A DNA stretch of 64,000 nt from an uncultured Candidatus Saccharibacteria bacterium (GTDB taxonomy: Bacteria > Patescibacteriota > Doudnabacteria > UBA920). The stretch covers positions 5,094 to 69,093 of the forward strand of contig CAZGEB010000002.1 in NCBI GenBank assembly GCA_964524915.1. Direction: 5' to 3'. A program made the translations under genes and the position numbers. Position 1 is the first letter of the stretch. Each line of letters begins with the position of its first letter. The notes under the pieces were generated by a model that saw only the letters and a list, made by a program, of their open reading frames with translations, did not search any database and was not told where the DNA came from. This document shows, piece after piece, positions 19,767 through 28,988 of the stretch.

Positions 19767-20132
19767 CTAGATACGCAATTTGGCAATCATCACATTTAAC
19801 ATTTTCATAACCTCTGTTAAAACAAAACCCACTTGTTCTTTTTGTGGCTGGTTAATAAAATTCAACATCAAGGCAACTTCTAATTGTGTTTCGAGTTCTG
19901 CCCCAGAAGCAAAAGCAACTGACAAAAACTGGCAATAATCTTTTTTGGTACTTCTGTACCTGCCCTCGGCGATATTAGACGGGATCGAAACAGAACACCT
20001 TCGCATTTGAGACACCAGCCCAAACTTTTCATTTTCAGGAAACCTTGAAGTTACTTGATAAACCAGCTTCACCACCTGCATGGATTTTTGCCAAACAATT
20101 AAATCTTTATAGCTTTGTTTTTTGTCTTCCAT
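19767..20132 (-). CDS. four-helix-bundle protein (TIGR02436 / 23S rRNA intervening-sequence protein family)
   Basis: DLIVWQKS..FPENEKFGLVSQMRRCSVSIPSNIAEG..FL..A.GS..E..TQL. Confidence 0.8.
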   Translation of the reverse strand: MEDKKQSYKDLIVWQKSMQVVKLVYQVTSRFPENEKFGLVSQMRRCSVSIPSNIAEGRYRSTKKDYCQFLSVAFASGAELETQLEVALMLNFINQPQKEQVGFVLTEVMKMLNVMIAKLRI

Positions 20133-20154
20133 AAATTATTCCGCCGCATGCCTT

Positions 20155-20180
20155 TACCTATAAGGTATAAGGTATCCCGC
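20155..20180. repeat. right inverted repeat flanking the four-helix-bundle gene ((GGTATAA)n-like)
   Basis: acctataaggtataaggtatcccgc, in inverted orientation relative to 19737-19762. Confidence 0.5.
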
Positions 20181-20189
20181 TAAAAGACC

Positions 20190-20528
20190 CTAATCTATCT
20201 TAAACCCTATTTTTTGATCAGGTACCACTGCTAGCTGAATAGTCCCAAACTGCTCCTCATAACGAGCTAAGTTCTCTTGCATGGCCCGGGCTAGGCGCTT
20301 ATAATGACTTGGCGACAAAATCATACGAGCGGTGAGTTGCCCTGCTGGTGGCATAATAGTCATAAAATCCATGATAAACTCTTCGCCTGTGTGGGCCACC
20401 TGTACCATATTAGCATACTGTCCACGCAAGACCTTGTCCTCTACCTTCACCTGAATCTGTTGCCCTACCGGCGGCGTCTGGTCACCCTGTCCACCTTGTG
20501 CCTGCGGCACTGGTTGATTTTGTTCCAT
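20190..20528 (-). CDS. DUF3467-family protein
   Basis: QYANMVQVAHTGEEFIMDFMTIMPP, with a Gln/Gly-rich N-terminus. Confidence 0.6.
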   Translation of the reverse strand: MEQNQPVPQAQGGQGDQTPPVGQQIQVKVEDKVLRGQYANMVQVAHTGEEFIMDFMTIMPPAGQLTARMILSPSHYKRLARAMQENLARYEEQFGTIQLAVVPDQKIGFKID

Positions 20529-20579
20529 AAATAATCTACTATTGCATTAATAATATATTAGCCATACGCGCTCAAACTT

Positions 20580-20870
20580 ATGTCTGAAAATACAAAAGAA
20601 ACCAGAAATATACCGAGAACCACAATAGGAATAAAATACATGCAACCCGACAAAGAATATTTCATACTAAGCGTAGACCCACAAGGTAACCAAGTAACAG
20701 ATCTACGGCCGTCAGAAACAGGCAATATCGTTCTTATTTCAAAAACTGCCAGAGTTTACACAAGAACATTCACAACCGGTAATGCACTTTACCCTATAAA
20801 GTATATAGATGGCAAGTGGATTCTCAAAAGAACTCAACAAGAAATAGAGTATGAAGTTGTCTTGTACTAG
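20580..20870 (+). CDS. hypothetical protein
   Basis: 96-aa ORF on the opposite strand inside the heat-shock gene cluster. No motif. Confidence 0.3.
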   Translation: MSENTKETRNIPRTTIGIKYMQPDKEYFILSVDPQGNQVTDLRPSETGNIVLISKTARVYTRTFTTGNALYPIKYIDGKWILKRTQQEIEYEVVLY

Positions 20871-21283
20871 CTGCTAACGGTGTTTAAAAACTCTCTCATA
20901 TACGGCATCAAGTTTGGCAACTGCAATATTTCTTGAGCGGTTAAGAATTTAAGCTCGGAATGCTCTTCTCCAGTCTGAACGTCCTTAGGATCTCCAGTAA
21001 TTCTTACATCATAAATTATGAAATGTACTGGAGTAGTATCTAAATGACCATGAAATTCAAAAGCCTGCTGACTTTCTGCAACCTCCAAACCAGTTTCTTC
21101 CCACACTTCTCTTTTTAACCCATCCTCTTTAGTCTCTAACGCCTTTTTCCACTTACCTCCCGCGAAATCCCAAAGCCCATGAAAGGCCTTGGAATTCCGC
21201 AAGAGCACTAAATACGTATCACCTGAACGTATCACGGCCTTCAACGCAACAATACCTTCTTTTTTTTCTAGTTCAGGAGTCAT
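20867..21283 (-). CDS. NUDIX hydrolase
   Basis: Nudix box GGKWKKALETKEDGLKREVWEETGL. Confidence 0.8.
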   Translation of the reverse strand: MTPELEKKEGIVALKAVIRSGDTYLVLLRNSKAFHGLWDFAGGKWKKALETKEDGLKREVWEETGLEVAESQQAFEFHGHLDTTPVHFIIYDVRITGDPKDVQTGEEHSELKFLTAQEILQLPNLMPYMREFLNTVSS

Positions 21284-21289
21284 GACTAT

Positions 21290-23176
21290 TTATTTCTTCT
21301 CATCCCCACTTACATCTTTGAACTCCGCATCTACGGTTGAGTTTGAATCTGTCCCTTGAGCTGAATCTGCTGCGTTACCACTAGCCGCTTGTCCCTCGCC
21401 ACTTGTTGCTCCCTGCGCATACATAGCCGCCCCCACCTTTTGAATCGCAGCTGAAAGCTCATCAATTGCTTTTTGTATGCTAGTCGTGTCTGAGCCCTCC
21501 TTTGCAGTTTTTAAAGCTGCAACTTTGACTTCTACTTCTGCTTTGTCTTCTGCTTTGGCTTTGTCACCTGCATCCTTCAAAGTTTTTTCAGAAACCGCCA
21601 TCAAAGTATCAGCATGATTTCGCAAATCTACCAATTCTTTCCTCTTTCTATCTTCCTCTGCGTGTGCTTCTGCTTCTTTTTTCATCTTTTCTACTTCTTC
21701 TTTAGAAAGTGAAGTAGAGCCTTGGATAGTAATATTCTGCTCTTTGCCAGTTGCTTCATCCTTTGCTGTCACTTTTACAATACCACTTGCGTCTATATCA
21801 AAAGTAACTTTGATTTGTGGCACACCCCTTGGCGCTGGTGGAACACCATCCAAAACAAATCTCCCCAAAGACTTATTGTCTGCGGCAAATTCACGCTCTC
21901 CTTGCAAGACATGAATCTCTACTGAAGTTTGATTGTCCGCTGCGGTTGAAAAGACCTGTGATTTAGAAGTTGGGATAGTAGTATTGCGATCAATGATCGG
22001 AGTCCTCACCCCACCAAGTGTTTCAAGCCCGAGAGTCAAAGGAGTTACGTCCAAAAGCAAAATTTCCTTGCCTTGCACATCCCCAGATAAAATTCCCCCT
22101 TGAATAGCCGCGCCCTTGGCAACAGCTTCCATTGGATCCACACCACGCTCTACTTGTTTGCCAATAAAATCTTCCACAAATTTCTGCACAATCGGCATAC
22201 GAGTTGGACCACCAATCAAAATAATCTTATCAATATTTTGTGGAGTAAGCTTGGCATCACTTAAAGCCTGAGTAATAGGCGTACGCATTCTTTCTACTAT
22301 TGCTCTAACCAAATCTTCCAACTTTGCGCGAGTGATTTTCATCTGCAAATGCTTAGGACCTGTTGCATCTGCTGTAATAAATGGCAAATTGATTTCAGTT
22401 TCCAAAGTAGTAGAAAGCTCTATCTTGGCTTTTTCTGCGGCCTCGCGTACACGATTCATCGCCATTTTATCTTGCCCCACATCTATGCCACTTTGTCCTT
22501 TAAACTCACCAGTGATAAAATCAATCAAAGCCTTATCCATGTCTTTGCCGCCTAGAGCTGTATCTCCACTAGTAGAAAGCACTTCAAAGGTTGCCTGCCC
22601 ATCTACTTCAGAAAAATCCATTATGGTCACATCAAAAGTGCCTCCACCAAGGTCAAAAACTAATATTTTTTGATCCTTAGCAGAAGTCTTGTCCAGTCCA
22701 TAAGCAAAAGCTGCAGCAGTAGGCTCATTGATCACACGCACTACTTCTAGACCTGCAATTTCTCCAGCATTTTTAGTAGCCTGACGCTGGGCATCATCAA
22801 AATAAGCTGGCACAGTAATCACCGCTTTTTCTACTTTTTCACCCAAAAAACTTTCCGCATCTTTTTTCACCTTCTGCAAAATAAAAGCAGAAATTTGTTC
22901 GGGCGCATAGTCCTTGCCCGCAATAGTAAACTTTTCCTTGGTACCCATCTTGCGCTTCGCCTCATAGATAGTACCCTCTGGATTTGTCACTGCTTGGTTT
23001 TTTGCAGGGCCACCCACAAGCAGCTCACCATCTTTGGTAAAAGCTACGTATGATGGAAAAGCTTTTCCTCCAACTGAAGTTCCTTCAGCAGCTGGAATAA
23101 TCACAGGACTTCCCCCCTGCATAACCGCGGCTGCTGTATTTGTCGTACCCAAATCTATACCAATAATTTTACTCAT
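21290..23176 (-). CDS. dnaK: chaperone DnaK (Hsp70)
   Basis: [18 protein letters not shown], and the EKAKIELS..region; full-length Hsp70. Confidence 0.97.
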   Translation of the reverse strand: MSKIIGIDLGTTNTAAAVMQGGSPVIIPAAEGTSVGGKAFPSYVAFTKDGELLVGGPAKNQAVTNPEGTIYEAKRKMGTKEKFTIAGKDYAPEQISAFILQKVKKDAESFLGEKVEKAVITVPAYFDDAQRQATKNAGEIAGLEVVRVINEPTAAAFAYGLDKTSAKDQKILVFDLGGGTFDVTIMDFSEVDGQATFEVLSTSGDTALGGKDMDKALIDFITGEFKGQSGIDVGQDKMAMNRVREAAEKAKIELSTTLETEINLPFITADATGPKHLQMKITRAKLEDLVRAIVERMRTPITQALSDAKLTPQNIDKIILIGGPTRMPIVQKFVEDFIGKQVERGVDPMEAVAKGAAIQGGILSGDVQGKEILLLDVTPLTLGLETLGGVRTPIIDRNTTIPTSKSQVFSTAADNQTSVEIHVLQGEREFAADNKSLGRFVLDGVPPAPRGVPQIKVTFDIDASGIVKVTAKDEATGKEQNITIQGSTSLSKEEVEKMKKEAEAHAEEDRKRKELVDLRNHADTLMAVSEKTLKDAGDKAKAEDKAEVEVKVAALKTAKEGSDTTSIQKAIDELSAAIQKVGAAMYAQGATSGEGQAASGNAADSAQGTDSNSTVDAEFKDVSGDEKK

Positions 23177-23222
23177 ATATTTTTCTCCTTGTTATTTAGA
23201 ATAATGAAGTAAGTATAAAGAA

Positions 23223-23606
23223 TTAAGAATAAAAACTTTTTGACTTTTTAATTAAACCATTAATTATTTTATGTAACTCCACTAATGTACTGCTTATATA
23301 ATTGTAATCCGTTTTAGTAATAAATCCTAAATCCCTAGAAATCATAAATTGATTTTGGACTTCGGTAACAGACCCCAAGCTGATCGCATAGAATCTCGCC
23401 TTGTCTGCATAAGTACTCCTACTAAACCCCTCCGCAATATTGGATGTTATGGAAACCGATGCCCTGCGCAACTGATTGGTCAAACCAAACATTTCGGCTT
23501 TTGGAAAAGAATTAGTTAAACGATAAACCTCCAAGACTAACTCATGACCTTTTTTCCAAGCAAGTAAATCAGTAAAATTATGAATCTTGGCTTTTTCTTC
23601 ATTCAT
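23223..23606 (-). CDS. four-helix-bundle protein (TIGR02436 family), second copy
   Basis: LLAWKKGHELVLEVYRLTNSFPKAEMFGLTNQLRRASVSITSNIAEG. Confidence 0.8.
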   Translation of the reverse strand: MNEEKAKIHNFTDLLAWKKGHELVLEVYRLTNSFPKAEMFGLTNQLRRASVSITSNIAEGFSRSTYADKARFYAISLGSVTEVQNQFMISRDLGFITKTDYNYISSTLVELHKIINGLIKKSKSFYS

Positions 23607-23643
23607 AGGGCTTTACTCTTTACTCTTACTTCTTTAATCTTGC

Positions 23644-24177
23644 TTATTTCTTCTTCCCAATCCCTACCCCACTTGGTCTGACTACTTTGCCGCCGATCAT
23701 GTAGCCAGGCACATATTCCTCCACCACCACACCATCTTCCCCGCCCTCTATTTCTTTAATAGCTTCATGGAAATTTGGATCAAACTTTTTTCCCAAAGCT
23801 TCAACTCTTTGCACTCCCAACTCTTCCAGTGCCTTATCCAACTGCTTGATTAATCCTGCAATACCATTTTTCCAGTCACTGTATTTCTCCACAAATTCTT
23901 TATTCTTTATTCTTAATTCTTCATTCTCCTCTGGCATATGCCTGAGCGCTTGCCCTAAAGAATCCAAGGAAGGCAAAAGTTTTGCCACTGCCACTTCCCT
24001 TGCAAAGTCCACCAACTCTTTACTTTTCTTTTCTTGCCCTGCTTGAAAATTTAGTAGGTCCGCCTGCGCCCGCTTCCAACCATTTAGATTTGCTTCGGCT
24101 TCCGACTTGGCCTCATCCAGTTGTTGGATTAAAGTCTTTTCTTCTTGATCGTTAGTTGTGTAATTATCATCGCTCAT
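23644..24177 (-). CDS. grpE: nucleotide exchange factor GrpE
   Basis: GWKRAQADLLNFQ..and the C-terminal beta-domain GYMIGGKVVRP. Contains an in-frame (TTATTCT)4 repeat at 23891-23918. Confidence 0.9.
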   Translation of the reverse strand: MSDDNYTTNDQEEKTLIQQLDEAKSEAEANLNGWKRAQADLLNFQAGQEKKSKELVDFAREVAVAKLLPSLDSLGQALRHMPEENEELRIKNKEFVEKYSDWKNGIAGLIKQLDKALEELGVQRVEALGKKFDPNFHEAIKEIEGGEDGVVVEEYVPGYMIGGKVVRPSGVGIGKKK

Positions 24178-24319
24178 AAATTCGAAATTCTAATATCGTA
24201 ATCCGAAACAAATTCAAAGCCATAAAATATAAAATAAGAATGCAAAGTTTTAAATTTTTAAATTCGAATTTTAATATTGTTTCGAATTTAGTGCTTCGTA
24301 ATTCGATTTTCTTTATTAC

Positions 24320-25087
24320 TTAAATATTTACGTGATTAAATATCTCCAAGAACACTACAACCACTGCTCCACCACCTCCAAGTAATTTTGTAATGTATTC
24401 CAAAATTCCCATGTTCTTTTGGTACTTCATAGATTTGGGGCCCAGAAGTCCTACCACCCCGCGCTTACCATCCGGGAGGCTTACACCCGACACCACCATA
24501 GAGTAATCACTTTTGCCAATCTGAATTTCCTGCCCTATTACAGCCTTGGGTGTCTGGTCACCATAATCTGCAATAATCTGCTCTGCATAGCTGTCTATAT
24601 TGTCAAAAAATTCTGCAATCTCTCTAGCGTCTTCTTTGGGAAGACCAGGATTATTTAAAATATTTGAAAGACCAACAGTAGAAGTTTCTCCAGGAAGAAG
24701 TGTAAAGCTTGCTTGATCGCTTGCTTCTGCCAAAAGCTTGGCTAGTCTTCTGCCCACTTCTACATTGATAGTTTGAAGTTTCAACACTTCTCTTTTTAAT
24801 TTATCCTGCTCTTTTATAGAAAGCTGCACTCGCTCCATGAGCTGGGAAACAAAATAACGAAAACCCATATCCGTCGGCACTCTCCCACTAGAGGTATGCG
24901 GCTGATGGATAAAGCCCAACTTTTCCAAAGCCTGCATCTCATTTCTCAAAGTCGCAGCAGACACATCAAAATACCCTTTTTCAATCAAATCCTGACTTGC
25001 CACCGGGCTTCCGGTGTCGCAATTTTCCTTCACTATAGCCGCCAAAACCTGTGCTTGACGGGGGGTAATTTGTGGATAATCTGACAT
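24320..25087 (-). CDS. hrcA: heat-inducible transcription repressor HrcA
   Basis: Winged-helix N-terminus ITPRQAQVLAAIVKENCDTGSPVASQDL..ATLRNEMQALEKLGFI. Confidence 0.9.
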   Translation of the reverse strand: MSDYPQITPRQAQVLAAIVKENCDTGSPVASQDLIEKGYFDVSAATLRNEMQALEKLGFIHQPHTSSGRVPTDMGFRYFVSQLMERVQLSIKEQDKLKREVLKLQTINVEVGRRLAKLLAEASDQASFTLLPGETSTVGLSNILNNPGLPKEDAREIAEFFDNIDSYAEQIIADYGDQTPKAVIGQEIQIGKSDYSMVVSGVSLPDGKRGVVGLLGPKSMKYQKNMGILEYITKLLGGGGAVVVVFLEIFNHVNI

Positions 25088-25108
25088 TGCTTACATAATA
25101 TACAACCT

Positions 25109-25135
25109 TTAGCACTCTGTCAAGTAGAGTGCTAA
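25109..25135. promoter_or_regulatory. CIRCE operator (HrcA binding site) upstream of hrcA
   Basis: TTAGCACTC-tgtcaagta-GAGTGCTAA is a perfect 9-N9-9 match to the CIRCE consensus, about 22 bp upstream of the hrcA start. Confidence 0.9.
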
Positions 25136-25155
25136 AATGCTATACTATAATTCTT

Positions 25156-25659
25156 ATGCCATACAAGAAAATTCTCTTAGTCTTGGGGCTCCTGGTGTGC
25201 CTAGCGGCCTTCTGGCAGCATGTTCAAAAACAACCAGAAAACAGCCAAAACCCTCCCTCGCCAACCACCACCCCAAATATCCAAGTTGGGCTAAATCAAA
25301 CTGAAAACTTTTCCCAAAAGCCCTCTGCGAAGGGGGAAAATTTTGTGCTGCCCAATTATTTAAAGCTCCACACTTATGCACTGGAAGGCTTTTGGCGTTT
25401 CAGTGAGGACGCAGCCTTGCTTGATAAATCAAATGGCAAAATCAAATTGCATTTTTATGGAAAAAAAGTCATCTTGCGAGCAGAAAGCAAAAAGCCGGCT
25501 ACTATAAAAATAGCAACCGACTCCCTTGCTCCTACCTTTTTAGAAATAAGCAGTTTACAAGACTATATAGTTTTTGAAAGTAATTCTGCAAATGAACACA
25601 CTTTAGAGATCACAGTAAGCAACCCAGAATTTCAACTAACAAATATGCACTTTCGATAA
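25156..25659 (+). CDS. hypothetical secreted protein
   Basis: Signal/anchor MPYKKILLVLGLLVCLAAF, then a Pro/Thr-rich linker and a beta-rich domain. Confidence 0.45.
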   Translation: MPYKKILLVLGLLVCLAAFWQHVQKQPENSQNPPSPTTTPNIQVGLNQTENFSQKPSAKGENFVLPNYLKLHTYALEGFWRFSEDAALLDKSNGKIKLHFYGKKVILRAESKKPATIKIATDSLAPTFLEISSLQDYIVFESNSANEHTLEITVSNPEFQLTNMHFR

Positions 25660-25707
25660 GTATGGCCTCAAAGATTACCGGATCTAAACAAAGCCAAGCT
25701 CAAAGTG

Positions 25708-26049
25708 TTATTCGGTAAGGTATTGGCATCCCTCAAAAGCAGCTACTGCATTGTTCATATTATTTTCTGCAAACTCTAGGGTATTTCCACCACTATTGTC
25801 TTGACCCTTTACTTGCTGGTAAGCACTCATAGCATCGGCTAAAACCGCAGCCCTTTCCTGGCATTCCCTTATTGCATTTACAATAGAAGAAAAAGCATCT
25901 GCTTTACTTTTTTGCGGGGTTAATAAAGAGTTACCCTGCAAATTTAAAACTAAAGAAAATATAGATATAAAAGCAAGCATTCCGATCAACCAATTTTTTT
26001 GGGTATTGGTAAACCAGTTGCCATTTGGACTATTTTGTTCTTCTTGCAT
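25708..26049 (-). CDS. hypothetical membrane-anchored protein
   Basis: Single TM helix LIGMLAFISIFSLVL. Confidence 0.4.
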   Translation of the reverse strand: MQEEQNSPNGNWFTNTQKNWLIGMLAFISIFSLVLNLQGNSLLTPQKSKADAFSSIVNAIRECQERAAVLADAMSAYQQVKGQDNSGGNTLEFAENNMNNAVAAFEGCQYLTE

Positions 26050-26147
26050 ATTTATTTTGTTAAAATTTTATTCTTGACATTAAAAATTTAAAATCCTAAT
26101 CCAGATATACTAATTATCTCTAACAGCTGTAATTATTATAGCACAAA

Positions 26148-27164
26148 TCAACTGTTGCTCTGATCCCCCGAAAACTCTTCTATGACAACCATGATAGCAC
26201 TGGCAAGTGGCACGGCAAGAAGTAGACCAACTATTCCACCTAGTTTAAATCCGATCAACAAAGCAAAGATCACCACCAAAGGCGACACCCCCACAGTTTT
26301 TTCCATTATCTTCGGCACCAATACATAGCTTTCAGTTTTTTGAATAAGTAGATACAAAACTATCACCCCCAAAGCCAAAGCAGGACTTTGGAGTAAAGCA
26401 AAAAGAAAAGCTGGTACCGCAGATACTATAGGACCTATATACGGCACCACCTCCAAAAGCCCAGCAATAAGCGCCAGCACCAAAGCATACTCTACTCCCA
26501 AAATAGAAAGTCCTATATAAGTAAAAACAAAGATTGCTAAACTCAAAATAATTTGTCCTAAAACCCACAAGCCCATTTTTTTCTGAATCACTTCTATGAG
26601 ATGAATCACCTGTTCTCTTCTAGAAACTGGCACCAACGGGCGAATCAATTCCTTTATGCCCTTCCTTTCTGCGACCACTAGATAAAACGACACCACCAAA
26701 ACTGTAAAGAAACTGAAAAATCCACTGAAAGCCCCGAGGGTACGACTCACTACAGTATTTCCCTCACTGCCTCCAGAGACTACATCACGCACCAAACCCG
26801 AAAGACCTTCTTGCCCACCAAAAAGTGAAGCTAGCCCAGGATATGAAGATTGCAGTCTTGCCAGTGCATCTGGTAAATTCAAAGCCAATTTTTGCATTTG
26901 TGCGCTGATAGGCGGCAAAATACTAGAAATCGCCAAAGCAGCCAAACCCATTACTAGCAAATACACAGCCACTACCGACACCCCGCGAGGAATTTTTTTC
27001 TTGTGCAAATAATCAGCCAGAGGATCCATAGCACTAGCCAAAACCAAAGCTAGCAAAAAAAGTGCCAAGACGTCTCTGACCGCCCAAAGAAAAGCTGCGC
27101 CCAAAACCACCAAAGCGATTTTGATAATCACTCTTGTGGAATATTCTAGTTCTGAAAATTTCAT
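26148..27164 (-). CDS. AI-2E family transporter (PerM-like)
   Basis: About eight TM helices with the AI-2E pattern (ALFLLALVLASAMDPLADYL...). Confidence 0.75.
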   Translation of the reverse strand: MKFSELEYSTRVIIKIALVVLGAAFLWAVRDVLALFLLALVLASAMDPLADYLHKKKIPRGVSVVAVYLLVMGLAALAISSILPPISAQMQKLALNLPDALARLQSSYPGLASLFGGQEGLSGLVRDVVSGGSEGNTVVSRTLGAFSGFFSFFTVLVVSFYLVVAERKGIKELIRPLVPVSRREQVIHLIEVIQKKMGLWVLGQIILSLAIFVFTYIGLSILGVEYALVLALIAGLLEVVPYIGPIVSAVPAFLFALLQSPALALGVIVLYLLIQKTESYVLVPKIMEKTVGVSPLVVIFALLIGFKLGGIVGLLLAVPLASAIMVVIEEFSGDQSNS

Positions 27165-27211
27165 ATAAATTTAGTATATACCTATATACCAATAAAACAA
27201 AACCCCGAGCT

Positions 27212-27493
27212 TTAAGCCTCTGGGGTTGTAGTTTGTTCTGTACCTGAATTTACAATGGCACTAATTTTTGCAATTTCTTCTTCTGTCCTTCTCATGCCCT
27301 CCACAGCGTATGCCAAGATTTGACCTGACACTGTATCCGACAAGCCTTCTGCCAGCAAGGCCTCCACCAGCATCCTCTGCACGGTCTGGTCCTCTACACA
27401 TTCAAATATTAAATGAACAATATCTTGAATAGCAGGACTCACCAAAGGCTTACTCTGCATTGCCATGTGCCCCCCGCTCATTATTAACTGCAT
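27212..27493 (-). CDS. hypothetical protein; possibly the 3' part of a longer gene split at a poly-G tract
   Basis: A 43-aa upstream ORF in another frame (MEVGKENVMNNEERLHELEIKLSAFQRLINAVNNE...) joins this ORF at the C6/G6 tract at 27470-27475. Confidence 0.35.
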   Translation of the reverse strand: MQLIMSGGHMAMQSKPLVSPAIQDIVHLIFECVEDQTVQRMLVEALLAEGLSDTVSGQILAYAVEGMRRTEEEIAKISAIVNSGTEQTTTPEA

Positions 27494-27639
27494 TTATCAA
27501 TCTCTGAAAAGCTGACAGTTTAATTTCCAATTCATGTAATCTTTCCTCATTATTCATAACATTTTCTTTTCCCACTTCCATATATATTTTTCCTTTGTTT
27601 ATATATTAATTAAATTTTTAATTTATTTACTAATTTTCA

Positions 27640-28536
27640 TTATAACGAATCTCGAATTTTCTTTAAGATTTTTACATCCTCTTTCACTCTATCATGATCA
27701 GTTTCCAAAATCAATGGAAAAGTAATGTCATTCTTACTCTTTGAGAGAAGACTGTCAAGAGCTTTCAAAAAGGCCATTATTCCAGCCTTTCCAAGCTTCC
27801 CTTGCCCTATATGTTCATGCCTATCTTTGTGACTACCTAGCTCCACTTTACTGTCATTTACGTGCGACATGCGTAGAAACTTCAGTCCAATAATTTTATC
27901 AAACTGTTTCAAAACTTCGAGCGCTGATTTTTCTGTACGCAAATCATAACCGCTACCAAAAGCATGCTGAGTATCAAAACAAATTCCCCCAAAACCTTTT
28001 TTGCCAACTAGCGGCTTCATCAAATCTCTAACTTCTTCAAAAGTATCGCCCAAGACAGCTCCCGCACCTGCAGAAATTTCTATAAGCAACTCTGTAGTGC
28101 CTTTGTAATTTTTCAAAACTTCCACCAAACCTTTTTGTGCTTGCGCAAATCCTTTTTCTTCATTGTCTTTTAAACTTCCCGGATGGAACATGACAAACTT
28201 TGCACCCAGCAATGTGCCACGCTCCAATTCATCTCGCACTATAGCAATAGAAGATTTATAAGTAGCGGGCTTTGGTGAACCAAAGTTGATGTAATAAGGC
28301 GCATGAATAACAAAGCACGCCCCCTCTCCTTTTGAGGAGAGGGATGGGGAGAGGTTGTATTTCCCAGTCTCCCCTCTAAACTGTTCCAAAACTTCTTTGG
28401 TCAATTTCGGAGCTGGACCTCCCTGAGGTGAACGAGAAAATATTTGAAAAGTCTCGCAGCCCAAAGCCGCCGCCATTTTCGGCGCATTAAATACTCCTCC
28501 CGCAATACTCACATGACAACCTATTTGAAATTTCAT
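27640..28536 (-). CDS. nfo: endonuclease IV (AP endonuclease, Nfo)
   Basis: MKFQIGCHVSIAGG..HAPYYINFGSP..LIEISAGAG..FDTQHAFGSGYDL..HVNDSK. Carries an in-frame GC-rich palindromic insertion (28321-28385) encoding GETGKYNLSPSLSSKGEGA. Confidence 0.85.
   Translation of the reverse strand: MKFQIGCHVSIAGGVFNAPKMAAALGCETFQIFSRSPQGGPAPKLTKEVLEQFRGETGKYNLSPSLSSKGEGACFVIHAPYYINFGSPKPATYKSSIAIVRDELERGTLLGAKFVMFHPGSLKDNEEKGFAQAQKGLVEVLKNYKGTTELLIEISAGAGAVLGDTFEEVRDLMKPLVGKKGFGGICFDTQHAFGSGYDLRTEKSALEVLKQFDKIIGLKFLRMSHVNDSKVELGSHKDRHEHIGQGKLGKAGIMAFLKALDSLLSKSKNDITFPLILETDHDRVKEDVKILKKIRDSL
28321..28385. repeat. GC-rich palindromic element (CCCCTCTCC-TTTTG-AGGAGAGGG-AT-GGGGAGAGG...CTCCCCTCT) inside nfo
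   Basis: Inverted G/C arms in an AT-rich gene; the reading frame is maintained. Confidence 0.6.
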
Positions 28537-28988
28537 AATTTTTCCTTTACCCCCTCCCCTTTCTGCGAGTTCGCCGAAGCTTTAGCGTAGGAGAATGAGG
28601 GGAGGGTTGGGGAGGGGTTGGTTACTACTTGTTTAATAACCTCCAGCACTCCTTCTAAATTTTTATCAATCTCATTATTCCAAAAATGTAAAACAATGTA
28701 GCCTTGCGATTCCAAAAATTCTTGTTTCTGATTATCTGTAAATTTACCACTGGCCTCATTATGTTGACTACCATCCAACTCAATAGCCAACTTTTTGGCT
28801 CGACAAGAAAAATCAACAATCACAGCACCGATTTGTACTTGGCGCTTAAATTGTAAGCCTAAAAAACGATGGGCTCGCAGACGTGACCACAGCTTCGCCT
28901 CCCAAGGAGTTTGAGACTTACGAAGTTGTCGGGAATAAGACAAATAAGGCTCATGAACAAGTCGTTTTGGCATACTTTCATTATACAA
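28533..28988 (-). CDS. DUF559 endonuclease-domain protein (Vsr/restriction-endonuclease-like fold)
   Basis: LRK..T..E..LW..LR...GLQFKRQVQIGAVIVDFSC...LAIELDGSQH...VLHFWNNEI. Its C-terminal ~25 aa are encoded by the GC-rich element at 28549-28625. Confidence 0.6.
   Translation of the reverse strand: MYNESMPKRLVHEPYLSYSRQLRKSQTPWEAKLWSRLRAHRFLGLQFKRQVQIGAVIVDFSCRAKKLAIELDGSQHNEASGKFTDNQKQEFLESQGYIVLHFWNNEIDKNLEGVLEVIKQVVTNPSPTLPSFSYAKASANSQKGEGVKEKL
28549..28625. repeat. GC-rich palindromic element with long loop (CCCCTCCCC...GAGGGGAGGG-TT-GGGGAGGGG)
   Basis: The loop contains cgccgaagctttagcgtagg, which recurs between the two tRNA-Lys genes (10770-10790). Confidence 0.6.
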
